Shown here: one piece after another, positions 1 through 12,536 of the stretch
Layout of the letters: each line of letters begins with the position of its first letter
Position numbering within the stretch: position 1 is the stretch's first letter
Origin: Mustelus asterias
Lineage: Eukaryota
NCBI RefSeq assembly: GCF_964213995.1
Contig: NC_135805.1
Location: 74,214,001 to 74,278,000, forward strand
Length of the DNA stretch: 64,000 bases
Direction: 5' to 3'
Notes under the pieces: generated by a model
Database searches by the model: none
Seen by the model: the letters and a program-made list of their open reading frames with translations, nothing else
What the model was told of the DNA's origin: nothing
Position numbers and translations under genes: made by a program

Positions 1-200
1 CCCGAGTCCCTGGCGCTGTGAAGCAGCAGTGCTAACCACTTGAGGAGCAATTTAGCAATTAAGGACCAGCTGTTCCCCTTGGTTGAGGGGTCAATCATGG
101 GGGGGGGGATAAGGGCAGGAAAATGGAATTAGTGTGCGTTTAATGCTAGTTATTGTCAGTGCATACTCGATGGGCCGAAGAGCCTTTTCTACATTGTATG
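1..200. mobile_element. SINE head fragment (-, 1-40) and CR1 3' remnant (+)
   Basis: tgtgaagcagcagtgctaaccac; ctcgatgggccgaagagcctttt tail. Confidence 0.65.
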
Positions 201-1303
201 ACAATGTTAGCACCCTATTTATCTCCAATTGTTGGTGATGTGAGCAGGGCATCTGGGACCTTAATGAGCAGTGGGACCAGCAGGATATCTCCATGACCAA
301 TTAAATTTAAGGATTGGGGGAAGAAAAGAGACTAGACAATGAAGAAGGGTGAGCTATAAAGGGTGTATTCTATGCCAAATCAAATACAGAAAGATAAGAG
401 ATGGAAAGGAAGATTGGTCGAAAAGATAGGGGGGAAAAAAAGAGATGAAGGAAAAGCAAGGGATTTTTAAAATTGCATTTTAAAATCTTCAATAAGTTGG
501 TACCTAGGGATTACCAAAAAGATTCTGAAGGAATGAGACTCTCCAGTTTATTTTAATATTCATTTCGGGTCAAGAGAGGCTGATTGGTAGTCATTAACAA
601 TTATCACATTGTTAAAAGGGTACTTGCACTGAATTACGAGACTTAACCTCCTTTAAGTTTAATAGGTACTGAATGCTAGAGAATTCATTAAACTGATGTA
701 AAGGTTAATGATCCTGTTTTCAAAAAATTGAAGGAGAGTTGCAAATCATCAGATGCTTGTGATTTGCAATTCAGAGGGTACTGTTCCTCCAACAAGTAGC
801 TAGTTGCTTGTATTTTTGGAATGTGTCCACACTTTTTTCAGTAAATTCTAGCCCATGTTGTTTAATAAAAACCTTTGCAGCCTTAAGGGGATATGCAATA
901 CACTTTGCTAGCTGATGCCTTGTGTTTTATATAGTATAGTTTTGCTGGCTTTCTTAAGTAGTGCACCCTATGAATTTCCATTTGCACATAAAAAAAGAAA
1001 ATGCATGTTTATAGCATCTTTCTCAACCTCGATGGCCCAAAGTAATCCGTACCCCAAGAATTACCTTTTGAAGTATGGGTATGGTAGTTACATAGGCAGC
1101 TAATTTGCACTCAGCAAAGTCATCAGTGAGACAAATGGCCAATTAATCTGGTTTAGTGGTTGACGGATAAGTTAACCAAGAACTTCCTTGCTGCTACTTC
1201 AAATAGTCATGATGTGGAGATGCCGGCGTTGGACTGGGGTAAGCACAGTAAGAAGTCTCACAACACCAGGTTAAAGTCCAACAGGTTTATTTGGTAGCAA
1301 ATA

Positions 1304-1340
1304 CCATAAGCTTTCGGAGCACAGCTCCTTCGTCAGATGG
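1304..1340 (-). ncRNA. Minimal hammerhead ribozyme motif in Penelope pLTR
   Basis: rc: CCAU CUGACGA A GGAGC UGU GCUCC GAA AGCU U AUGG. Confidence 0.8.
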
Positions 1341-2196
1341 AGTGGTTATCTGTTCTCAAACAGTGCAAACAGACACAGAAATCAAATTACAGAATACTGA
1401 TTAGAATGCAAATCTGTACAGCCAGCCAGGTCTTAAATGTACAGACAATGTGGGTGGAGGGAGCATTCAACACAGGTTAAAGAGATGTGTATTGTCTCCA
1501 GACAGAACAGCTGGTGAAATTCTGCAAGCCCAGGAGGCAAGCTGTGGGGGTTACTGATAATGTGACATAAATCCAACATCCCGGTTTAGGCCATCCTCAT
1601 GTGTGCGGAACTTGGCTATCAGTTTCTGCTCAGCGACTCTGCGCTGTCGTGTGTCGTGAAGACCGCCTTGGAGAACGCTTACCTGAAGATCCAAGGCTGA
1701 ATGCCCGTGACTGCTGACGTGCTCCCCCACAGGAAGAGAACAGTCTTGCCTGGTGATTGTCGAGCGGTGTTCATTCATCCGTTGTCGTAGCGTCTGCATG
1801 GTTTCCCCAATGTACCATGCCTCGGGACATCCTTTCTTGCAGCGTATCAGGTAGACAACGTTGGCCGAGTTGCAAGAGTAGGTACCGTGTACCTGGTAGA
1901 TGGTGTTCTCACGTGAGATGATGGCATCCGTGTTGATGATCCGGCACGTCTTGCAGAGGTTGCTGTGGCAGGGTTGTGTGGTGTCGTGGTCACTGTTCTC
2001 CTGAAGGCTGGGTAGTTTGCTGCGAACAATGGCCTGTTTGAGGTTGCGTGGTTGTTTGAAGGCAAGAAGTGGGGGTGTGGGGATGGCATTGTCTGTACAT
2101 TTAAGATCTGGCTGGCTGTAGAGATTTGCATTCTAATCAGTATTCTGTAATTTGATTTCTGTGTCTGTTTGCACTGTTTGAGAACAGATAACCACT

Positions 2197-2233
2197 CCAT
2201 CTGACGAAGGAGCTGTGCTCCGAAAGCTTATAG
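2197..2233 (+). ncRNA. Minimal hammerhead ribozyme motif (one stem I mismatch)
   Basis: ccat ctgacga a ggagc tgt gctcc gaa agct t atag. Confidence 0.72.
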
Positions 2234-2574
2234 TATTTGCTACCAAATAAACCTGTTGGACTTTAACCTGGTGTTGTGAGACTTCTTACTCTACTTCAAA
2301 TAGTGCCATGAAATGATTCACATCCAGCTGAATAGGACAGGTTTATTAATTTGTCTGAAAGATTGCATCTCTTGACTATGTAAAATTTTCTCAATTAGTC
2401 TAGATTATGTGGTCAAGTTTCATAGTGGAGTTTGAACTCAAGACCTCCAAGATAAAGGTGCTACTGCCAACCTGTAGTCACACTTGTTCTTTAGCAGGGT
2501 CACAATCTGCTTCATACCATTCTGGGGCACTGCCCCTCCCTCCAGCAAAGATATTGATGTTTTTGCAGATGCTT

Positions 2575-4285
2575 TGGGGAGTCAGGAAGCGAGTTACTCA
2601 CTGCAGTGTTCCTAGCACCTGACCTGCTGTTGTGGCCACAGTGTTTAATGTGGCGAGTCCAGTCGAGTTTCTGGTCAATGGTAACCCCAAGGATATTGAC
2701 AGTGGGGGATTCAGTGATAGTAACACCATTGAATGTCAAGGGGCAGTGGTTAGAGTGTCTCTTATTAGTGATGGTCATTGCCTGGTATTTGTGTGGTGCA
2801 AATGTTACTTGTCAGCCCAAACCTGGATATTGTCCAGATCTTGCTGCATTTGAACATGGACTTCAGTATCTGAGGAGTCGCGAATGGTGCTGAACATTGT
2901 GCAATCATCGACGAACATCCCCACTTCTGACCTTATGACGGAGGGAAGGTCATTGATGAAGCAGCTGAAGATGGTTGGGCATGGGACACTACCCTGAGGA
3001 ACTCCTGCAAATATGTCCTGGAGCTGAGATGACTGACCCTCCACAACCATCTTCGTATGTGCCAGGTATGACTCCAACCAGCGGAGAGTTTGCCCCCTGA
3101 TACCCATTGATTCTAGTTTTGCTCTGGCTTCTTGATGCCACACTCAGTCGAATGTGGCCTTGATGTCAAGGGCTGCCACTCTCATCTTACCTCTGGAATT
3201 CAGCTCTTCTGTCCATGTTTGAGCCAAGGCTATCATGAGGTCAGGGGCTGAGTGACCCTGGCGAAACCCAAACTGGGTGTTGCTGTTTGATAACACTGTT
3301 GATGACCCCTTCCATCACTTTATTGATGATCGCGTGCAGGCTGATGGGGCGGTAACTGGCCAGGTTGGATTTGTCCTGCTTTTTGTTATACAGGACACAC
3401 CTGGGCTGCTTTTTACATTATCGGGTAGATGCCAGTGTTGTAATTGTACTGGAAAAGCTTGGCTAGGGGAACAGCAAGTTCTGGAGCGCAAGTCTTCAGT
3501 ACTATTTTTGGAATGTTATCAGGGCCCATTGCCTTTGCAGTATCCAGTGCCTCCAACTGTTTCTTGATATCACGTGGAGTGAATAAAATTGGCTGGAGAC
3601 TGACATCTGATATTCTGGGGACCACAGGAGCAGGCTAAGATGGATCATCCACTTGGGACTTCTGGCTGAAGATTGCTGCGAATACTTCAGCCTTATCTTT
3701 TGCACTGATGTGCTGGGCTCCTCCCTCATTGAGGATGGGGATATTGTAGAGCCTCCTCCTCCAGTGAGTTGTTTAATTGTCCTCCACCATTCATGCCTGG
3801 ATGTGGCAGGACTAGAGCTTGAATCTGATCCGTTGGTTGTGGGATCATTTAATTTTGTCTATCTCCTGCTGTTTGGCATGCAGGTAGTCCTGTTTGGTAA
3901 CTTCATCAGATTGACACCTCATTTTTAGGTATGCTTGGTGCTGCTCCTGGCATGCCCTCCTGAACTCTCCATTGAACCAGGATTGATCTCCTGGCTTGAT
4001 GGTAATGGTTAAGTGGGGGATATGCTGGGCCAGGAGTTGCAGATTGTGCTGGAGTACAATTCTGCTGTTGATGGCCCACAGCGCCTCATGGATGCCCAGT
4101 CTTGAGTTGCTAGATCGGTTCGACGTCTGTCCCATTTAGCATGGTGATAGTGCTACACAACACGATGGAGGTTATTCTCAATGTGAAGGCGGGACTTTGT
4201 CTCCACAAGGACTGCGCAGTAGTCACTCTTACCGATACTGTCATGGACAGACGCACCTGCAGCCAGCAGATTGGTAAGGATGAGG
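2575..4285 (-). mobile_element. Degraded non-LTR retrotransposon (CR1/L2 group) ORF2 fragment
   Basis: GVPQGSVPCPTIFSCFINDLP...MFVDD and KAMGPDNIP in broken frames. Confidence 0.88.
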
Positions 4286-4303
4286 CTGGTAAGATTAGCA
4301 CTG

Positions 4304-4504
4304 TAAGAAGTTTAACAACACCAGGTTAAAGTCCAACAGGTTTATTTGGTAGTTAAAGCCATACAAGCTTTCGGAGCCCCAAGGGGCTTGGGGCTCCGAA
4401 AGCTTGTGTGGCTTTTGCTACCAAATAAACCTGTTGGACTTTAACCTGGTGTTGTTAAACTTCTTACTGTGTTTACCCCAGTCCAACGCCGGCATCTCCA
4501 CATC
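4304..4504 (+). mobile_element. Penelope-like copy B: miniature fold-back
   Basis: Near-perfect palindrome centred ~4385; TSD aagattagcactg (4291-4303, 4505-4517). Confidence 0.9.
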
Positions 4505-6073
4505 AAGATTAGCACTGACAGGGCCCTGCACAGCTGTGTCCCTGGGGGCTATAATCACCTCAGAGCCCTAGCATGGTCATCGCAGTTGTTTTCCATTTTG
4601 GAAGCCAGTAGTGATTTCTGGACATTTGATGGCCCCAGAACCAATTTAAAAATATTATAATATATTCAAATTGGTGGTAATGATCCTGATTACGTTGCCA
4701 GCAGGGAGTGGCGAAGATCTCCAAACTGTTATGGCCTCCTCGCAAGAGTTAGCAGCCATAACGAGTTTGGGTCTGCGACAAACGGGCCCAAACTGGTTAT
4801 GGCCTGTTTCTCTATTCATTTATAGAACAGGAAGGGGTTGTTTTGGTGCCCTGGCCAACATTTATCCAGCAATCAACACCACCAAAATCATACTAATTGA
4901 TCACTTAATTTATTTGTAGAACCTTGTCTGCAAGCAACCTTGTGCTTTTGCATAATGGTCACTAAACTAAAAGTAATTCACTGGCTATGAAACATGCATC
5001 AAGAGGATGTAAAAGGCCTTCAAATTCAAGATTATTTCTTTATAGCAGGAATTCAGACCAGGGACTTTAAAGACGAAACCTGTGGGAGTATCTTAAATAA
5101 TACACGTTTCAACTTTTGAAATATGCAGGAAATGATGCACAGAAACTGGCCACTTTCCAATTCATGTTTTAACTCCGTTGTAGGAATTTACTTTCTAGAG
5201 AGCTAAGTTTGCTCAAGGTTGCAGTGGTACATTTGCGGGTTTAAAAGAAATAAGTACTTAGTTTAAAGTGCTGTGGAATTACTTTTAGTTAAATCATTCA
5301 AGGTGAGAATACCTGGTGATATACACCAATGAATTTGCATTTTTTTGTTACTGCATGAAGACATGAAACAACTTGTATAGTACTGGGAATAGCTGGTCGA
5401 TAGCATTTACTTTGGTGCCCAAAGTCTCTTCATATAACCAATTCGTTATAGGGCAGAAAACTGACTGAGAGTTGAGCAAACGTAACCAACTTTTACGAGC
5501 ACAAACTGAACAAGAGTCAGTCGAAAGCAACAAGAAGCTAACATACAAATTGGAGGTTGATGCCTTTTAAATAGTGTTGGTAATGTGTTTAACAGAGGGT
5601 GTTACAGTGAGTGGCAAGATCAAAACAGGGCGTTGGGGCATTAAATCAGCATTGGACATTGACCAATGTCATAATCTAACTGTTCTCTGATTGGAAGATG
5701 CTATTTTTCACCTAACCACCACCGTATTTTGCAACCATGTACCTTAACTACTATTAAATAAATTCAGATTTAAATGCAACACTGGTTTTGCCAAAATTAA
5801 TGGCTTTAGTTGACTTATCAGGTTGCTTTGGTTTATTCTTCAAAATTGTAAATTCATTTTAGGAGATAGGCACGGAAGATAGATTTAGAAAATGTAAAAT
5901 CTAACTGAGATGAGTATTCATTTGAATAGAATTATTTTATATTTCATTTATTTATTTGAATATAAAGTTGCATGCAAATGATAAAACTTGAAAGGAGTGA
6001 TATGTTTAACTTTTGGTAAAATAAAAGCATGGTCCCACTTTTCCCGTTCCTCTGAGACTTTCGGTGTTCAGCC

Positions 6074-6233
6074 GGGGAACTTTGGCGGGTTTCCAGTTTT
6101 GCTTTCATCATGAGCTCATTTGGTTCCTGGATAAAACGAAAGTTACTGTGTTGAATGAAAAATGACTCATCGTGCAGCAACAACCAATCAAGTAGAAGCA
6201 AGCACCCCAGAAACAGTTGAGGGCAGTTAAAAG
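6074..6233 (+). promoter_or_regulatory. Candidate internal promoter of the short NCOA7 isoform with IRF/ISRE-like, AP-1, kB-like and CCAAT motifs
   Basis: AGTTTTGCTTTC 6095-6106 (rc GAAAGCAAAACT), AAAACGAAAGT 6133-6143, TGACTCA 6163-6169, CCAAT 6184-6188, GGGGAACTTT 6074-6083, all within ~210 nt of ATG 6287. Confidence 0.55.
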
Positions 6234-6286
6234 CATTGTTATTTCCGAGTGATCAGCCAGAGTTTTGTGGAAATCTATGTGCAAAA

Positions 6287-6361
6287 ATGAGGGGCCCCAG
6301 AATACCAAATAATATAAGAATTGTGTTCAAAGCAAAGGGAGATGATGGATCCTTTGTGCAG
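6287..6361 (+). CDS. NCOA7: NCOA7 short isoform (NCOA7-AS-like) alternative first coding exon
   Basis: Reads MRGPRIPNNIRIVFKAKGDDGSFVQ then CAG|gtcagt donor; 25 codons; resembles the recalled human NCOA7-AS N-terminus [25 protein letters not shown]; splices in frame to 7409. Confidence 0.85.
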
Positions 6362-7408
6362 GTCAGTCATACATTTTTCTTAGCATAATTCATTTTAGGA
6401 TTTTTTTGAAGCAAAATATTTTGGGGTGCAAAATTTACTGAGAAATTACTCATTTGAAGGTGACCAAATCTTTTTCTTTTTTAAATTAAAATTTTACACA
6501 ATAGCTTTATCTTTCCATCTGCTGTGTATACGTTTTAAATTGCTCAATAATTGCATTGAGTTGTATTTGCAATATTTTCTCTCAAGCAGTTCTTGTATTA
6601 TTTGATTAGTGAGCTTAAAATGAGGATGAAAGAAACATTTATATGCGGGTGAGTTTAAAAAAGTTAACTATTTAATTCTTACCCTCTTTATAAAAAGCTC
6701 GAATTCTAATTTGAAGCACTTCATGAAAGCATTTTTCAAATTTAAGATAATTAAATGTTAAGATCTCTGCAGCTCCAGCATTCATCTAGAAGTAACAAAT
6801 TAGAAAGTTTACTTAATGTTTTACCACGTTCATTTTTTTTGCAAAAAATTGTGTTCTGAGCTAGTTGTTAGAAATTGAAGCATGTAAGATTGTTTTCAGC
6901 ATTGAATTATTTATATTTATTCTGAATAAACAATCTATACTTTGAAACCCTGCTGTTATTTTGCTTGCAAGTATATCGGAATAGTGTTATTTTGTGATTG
7001 TTGCTTGCATCTAGACTTTAGTTATGAGGATGTCGTAAGTCTTGTCTATCATTTGCATAATTTCAATCATAGAAACTAGCTGAAAAATTTATAAATCTTC
7101 CTAGAGCTCTATTTTGGTGTATTGAATTTTCTCCATTTGTTTGGTGATCAGTGCTGGCCTTTTAGCCCCTGTTATCATACCCAACTGCTATCCCCTCTGA
7201 GCTTCAACAGGGTGTGGTGGCAAGCTATTCAGTGATGAGGAGGCATCATGCCAAACCTAAAACACATCTAGCCAACATCAATTCAAAGCATGCTACAACA
7301 GAGTTGTTGGATGGCAATCAGAACAGAGAGCCTGTTTTTCTTTGGGGTTGTTGGAGAGGAGGGAATTTTGGAAAATGCGACAACTTTTATAATCAAATTG
7401 TTTTATAG

Positions 7409-7534
7409 ATCATCACCATTGAAGAGGCAAAACGGCGCCAAAGCGTTGGTAGTCTTGATGAAGAAGAGGCAGAAGATCTGCAACCTATTCTTACAGACCC
7501 TAGTGAACTGTTGGAGCGTTTTCATATTGAAAAG
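7409..7534 (+). CDS. NCOA7: NCOA7 exon (IITIEEAKRRQS...LLERFHIEK)
   Basis: ttttatag| acceptor, AAG|gtaaaa donor, 126 nt; IITxEEAKRR motif of NCOA7/OXR1. Confidence 0.95.
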
Positions 7535-7613
7535 GTAAAAATATGTGAAAAACATTTTGGTGGTTGCAATGTTTTGTGTTTAGAAGTCCACTCATTAACT
7601 GCTTTCCTCTCAG

Positions 7614-7766
7614 CTAACACAGCACCTTCCTGCAAGAACACAGGGTTATGCTTGGCGACTTATGTACAGTACAGCAGTTCACGGAACAAGCTTAAGGACA
7701 CTTTACCGCAGTTTGGCTGATGTTGATACTCCTGTTCTTCTTGTTGTCAAAGACATGGATAATCAG
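7614..7766 (+). CDS. NCOA7: NCOA7 TLDc exon (LTQHLPARTQGYAWRLMYSTAVHGTSLRTLYR...KDMDNQ)
   Basis: cctctcag| acceptor, CAG|gtaaag donor, 153 nt; TLDc motifs. Confidence 0.96.
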
Positions 7767-7916
7767 GTAAAGAAATTGTCATTTAAGCTATTTGAGGAAA
7801 TAAGCATGTAAACATAATTGATAGAAGAATGCAAAATTTATATGTTTGACAAGTCTTAAGAATTTAGCAATGGAATAAATACGTTTGTAAATCTAAGATT
7901 TTTGTACTCTTTGCAG

Positions 7917-8012
7917 ATATTTGGAGCATTGGCATCACATCCATTTCGATTAAGTGACCATTGTTTTGGTACAGGAGAAACCTTTCTCTACACATTCAAT
8001 CCACAGTTCAAG
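7917..8012 (+). CDS. NCOA7: NCOA7 TLDc exon (IFGALASHPFRLSDHCFGTGETFLYTFNPQFK), GC donor
   Basis: ttgcag| acceptor, 96 nt, GTGETF motif; ends AAG|gcaagt. Confidence 0.95.
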
Positions 8013-8641
8013 GCAAGTTCTTACATGTTGAAGTTTTTAGAAAGTTTGTGTAGGTGGGGGAATTTGGCTGGTGAAGACATTTTAAAAATCATCCACTTAC
8101 TCTTTAAGTTTTTAACATTAGTGAATAATTTACTGATTAGATTTACATCATGCGGTGTTAAATGCCATCTATGTATCTTAAAAGTTCTGGATCAAAGTTT
8201 GTTGGTATTATTGCCCAGTTCGGATGTTTAATTTGAGGAAAGTGTGTTTCATCAAGTATGTTAGTTACACTGTACATTTTTGTAACAAAAAAAAGAATTT
8301 CTGTAGCATTCATTTGGGAAAAGAGCTAGTTTATTGGATTCTTGCAAAGCTAATACCGTATAGCATGTATTATGCAGGAACAGAACAATGTATAGCTGAG
8401 TAGCTAAGGATGGACAACAAATGCAACCTTAGAAGTGTCATCTACATCCGAGAATGAATACTGTTTACAAAATTAGTTCCCCAGTTTAACACACATCCTA
8501 CTTGAACATTATGAAATATATCCACATTTTGGAAATGTTTAAGCACTTTAATGTATAATTGATGCAAGTAAGCTTCTATGGTATAGAAACATACAGCCTG
8601 ATTTATATGTAATATAAATTGAATATATTTTAATCCAATAG

Positions 8642-8715
8642 ATATTCAGGTGGAGTGGAGAAAACTCGTACTTCATTAAAGGAGACAGAGACTCTTTAGA
8701 ACTAGGTGGAGGCAG
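8642..8715 (+). CDS. NCOA7: NCOA7 TLDc exon (IFRWSGENSYFIKGDRDSLELGGG)
   Basis: ccaatag| acceptor, AG|gtatgt donor, 74 nt, phase 2. Confidence 0.95.
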
Positions 8716-8975
8716 GTATGTATCCACCAGATATCATCTCAATTTTATCATCTCAATTACTACAGCTTATGATTTGCTTTTAATTTTTATATCCGTCTAA
8801 AACTTAATATAGAATTTATATTGAATGGTCTTGTATTTTTCTTAAAATAATACAACCACATTATTGCAATTGATGGTTTTAATGAAAAGAATGACATCAT
8901 GTGATGTGATATTATAACATCTGTACTTGCACAATATGTAAGCTTAAATGCAGTCCTAAAGAGCTCTCATTAGTT

Positions 8976-9580
8976 AGAATCATAGAATCCCTACAGTACA
9001 CAAGGGCGGCATGGTAGCACAGTGGTTAGCACTGCTGCTTCACAGCTCCAGGGACATGGGTTCGAATCCCAGCTCGGGTCACTGTCTGTGTGGAGTTTGC
9101 ACATTCTCCTCGTGTCTGCGTGGGTTTCCTCCCACAGTCCAAAGATGTGCGGGCTAGGTTGATTGGCCATTCTAAATTGCCCCTTAGTGTCCCGGGATGC
9201 ATAGGTTAGAGGGATTAGTGGGTAAATATGTAGGGATATGGGGATAAGGCCTGGGTAGGATTGTGGTTGGTGCAGACTAGATGAGCCGAATGGCCTCTCT
9301 CTGCACTGTAGGATTCTATAACTTATGGCCCATTGAGCTTGCACTGACAACAATCCCACCCAGATCCTAGACCCGTAACCCCACATATTTACCTTGCTAA
9401 TTCCCCTTACACTACGAGGCAATTTATCATGGCCAATCCACCTAACCCGCACATCTTTGGACTGTGGGAGGAAATCCACGCAGACATTGGGAGTATATAC
9501 ACACAGTTACCAAGACTGGCATTGAACCCAGGTCCCAGGTGCTGTGAGGCAGCAGTGCTAACCATTATGCCACCAGGTTG
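8976..9580. mobile_element. Nested tRNA-derived V-SINE/HE1-like copies: + copy (9004-9320) inside a - copy
   Basis: A box tagcacagtgg, B box ggttcgaatcc, V-domain cctcccacagtccaaagatgtg, gattctat tail shared with CR1. Confidence 0.88.
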
Positions 9581-10806
9581 CCCTGTTCATTATATTAATT
9601 CATTTGGGTGAGTTTGGTTAGTTGCATGTGTCTAACTTAAGTGAAGTATTTCGATTTATTGAGAAGATCATTTGTAAGGGGCATTTTAAAGGGGAGAAAA
9701 CATTGCTGATATTTTTAAGGATTTCTAAGGGTGAAAGAATCTGGAGTGAATTTGCATTTTGTAGTGGAATAGTTTTCTACTTTCTGTAGACCTTTGCCTT
9801 TTGAACTGAATTTCTCCCATGTTCAGATGTAGTGCAAATAAAGCACAAAAAGCCCTGCACATATCATTTGCCAAAATGATACATTAGGAAGAAAATATTT
9901 TTTGACTGTGCACTTGTATCCGCTGGGAACTACATTGAGAATGGCCAGACTCAGGGCACATGAACTTTGTAAAGAGGAAATACTTCTGTTGGTATCTCCT
10001 TGCATTTGTGCCCAGGCTCCAGAAATGTAAAAAAGTGCCTTCTGGTCCTTGCGGCCTTCTGTTAGGTTTATCAAAATTGTGTAAAATAAATGGCACAGGA
10101 TTTACAGTGGTAATGATGGTGAAACTGTTACTACACAAAAGTGCAGAATAACATGGAAATCCAGACATTGCTGTCAACTATTCTACTGCTCTTCCAGAGG
10201 ATTCAGAGTTGAGGTTTACACAAACTACATATCCGAAGCAACCAGTGCATTGACAAAAGCTTTCACTTTCATGTAGTTAGTCTCACTGACAATCCTAGAA
10301 AAAGTTGCACCTTACTCAATACTTAACGTGTACTAGGTTCATAATTACTGAGAAGCTCTGTCACTGGCCCTGAAAAGCTAATTTTGTTTCTGTGGAATGG
10401 CAGTTTTTTGTTCCATTATGATAAATTCCACAGTTTTAAAATTTTAATTTTAAGTTTTGTTTGTAATACCTTCTCTCTTAATCCAATCATTATTTCGCTG
10501 TCTGAAAATGTAAATTGAAAGTGAAGGGATTCGGTAGTTTTAATTGAAAATTTCCTGGTCTGTGAGGATACTTCAGTGTGATTGGCAAACATCACTGCTG
10601 CTGCACATCTGTCGATCTCCAGTTGGAAACTGATTTAAACTGCCATAGGAAAGGGAAAATACATGTGACAGAGATTAGTATATCTGTGCGAGTAACTTTC
10701 TTGGAAATCAGGAATAAGCACTATTGTCTCGCTGCTGACCACAAAACAAAATATAATGAATAAACACAATTAGTACTGAATTTATTGCCGACAAATTTTA
10801 TGATAG

Positions 10807-10971
<165 letters not shown>

Positions 10972-12530
10972 ATTTGCCTGATCTTTTACCAGTCCCACCT
11001 TGGTTCTGCTGTTCAGTCCATTGGATGATATGATTCCACTGCTAGCTGCCTTATATTGTGTCCAGTGCTCGTAGCATAATGTAAAGGAGCATGTTTCTGA
11101 ATGCATAAGCTACAGTTTTAAAGCTGAACTACAAATGAGGTCATAGGCCACAGATTTTCAGCAAGTTGTTGATTGCTTTGCGTTCTGTCAACTTGCTCGG
11201 GACCCTTGCATCTCCAGTTCATTGCTTGACAAAAGAAGCCAGTTAAGTCGGTGAAATCTTCTTGACAGCTTTTTGGTGCAAAGGAAGAGCAAAAGCTTTG
11301 TCATGACAGATATAGTTCTTTCCAAGTGCTGTGTGCTAGCCAAAGAGTGGCTGGCTACAAAGTGCTGGTATGGTCAAAGCCACGGTGCAAGGCGGTGCTT
11401 TTCAATTTAAGGGGATATTAAATATAAAAGCATTTTATGACCGCATAATGCATGTTGAAGGCATATTGTTCAATACTAGTAAGTTAGTCTGGTCTTTTTA
11501 ATTGTTTTATCACATTGCTTAAAGTCCTAACTGGAATGTTTAATATTCTCTAGAAACGCTTGTTTGTTTCCCAGTAAGTGGAAGTAAATTTGTTGAAAAA
11601 GTGACAATCCTGGGGGGAAAAAAGTTTCAATTATGCCAGGATCATTTATATATTATAGTACAGTACTTTAATGTAACTCTTATATTTTTTTTGGTTACAT
11701 TAAATGTTTTATACCCTGTATTTAGGGTTGATTTTGTATCAGTGCAGGCACTGAACGTCATGTTTCAAACCTTTGTTTACAGTTAGCAAAATGATTATGT
11801 AAAATACTTGTTTCTTGTCTATGTATTTTTGCATTCATTTGAACATTCCAGTGTCTTAAGGGTATAAAGGGAACTGTTAAGCGCACAAGGAATATCATAG
11901 CACTTTGAAAGAAATGGCAGAAGCTTTTTTGGCACCATATACAGCTTGAGTTATAAAGAAGTCAAGTCTACACATCATTTTCTCTTCATTTTAGTCAAAG
12001 TGCATTTTGTGTAACAAAGTACAGTGCAAAAAACGTTTTTGATTATTTCTGGATTCTTTTGATATTAAGTGGTTGAATAGATTTTAAAGAACATCAAACT
12101 TTTCAAGAAGCTTAAAGGACTTAAAATGCATGTTATGTAGGTTTGATTTTTTTTTCTGGATCAGATATTGAAACTTTGAAAGAAAAATAATGCTGTTTTC
12201 ATAGGTGCCGTTTCTACTTCTGATCATCAAAATTCAGGAACAAGATCTAAAGAACATTTCAATACTATTTAAAGTCGCAAGTTTTCAACAATATTTTTGC
12301 ATATTTGGCTGTTGTGGTCTTTAAGAATCTCTGAATAGAGCACCAAATGTTCCACCAGTTTATTTTTTTTTAAGTTTAGCATTTGATATGTTAAACGATA
12401 GCTTACAAATCATATTGTATTTAATACACTATGCCCATAGTGTTATCAAAGCAATCAAAATTGTATCTGAATTCTGTACCTGTGAATGTCATTAAGAACA
12501 TATATACTGTAACACTGTTGCAGTAAATCC

Positions 12531-12536
12531 AATAAA
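12531..12536 (+). terminator. Candidate NCOA7 polyadenylation signal
   Basis: AATAAA ending a ~1.5 kb AT-rich, repeat-free stretch after the stop codon. Confidence 0.45.

Larger units (their letters stand above)
1208..2290 (-). mobile_element. Penelope-like element copy A: truncated, GIY-YIG C-terminus, inverted pseudo-LTR arms
   Basis: WYIGETMQTLRQRMNEHR on - strand; ~1247-1450 is inverted at ~2087-2290; TSD ctacttcaaatagt (1194-1207, 2291-2304). Confidence 0.93.

Noticed and set aside
1-6000. Upstream exons of full-length NCOA7
   Set aside because: No recognisable NCOA7 coding exon found; probably upstream of the window, though a small exon could have been missed
9004-9075. tRNA genes
   Set aside because: A/B boxes belong to SINE heads and continue into V-domain and LINE tail; no cloverleaf
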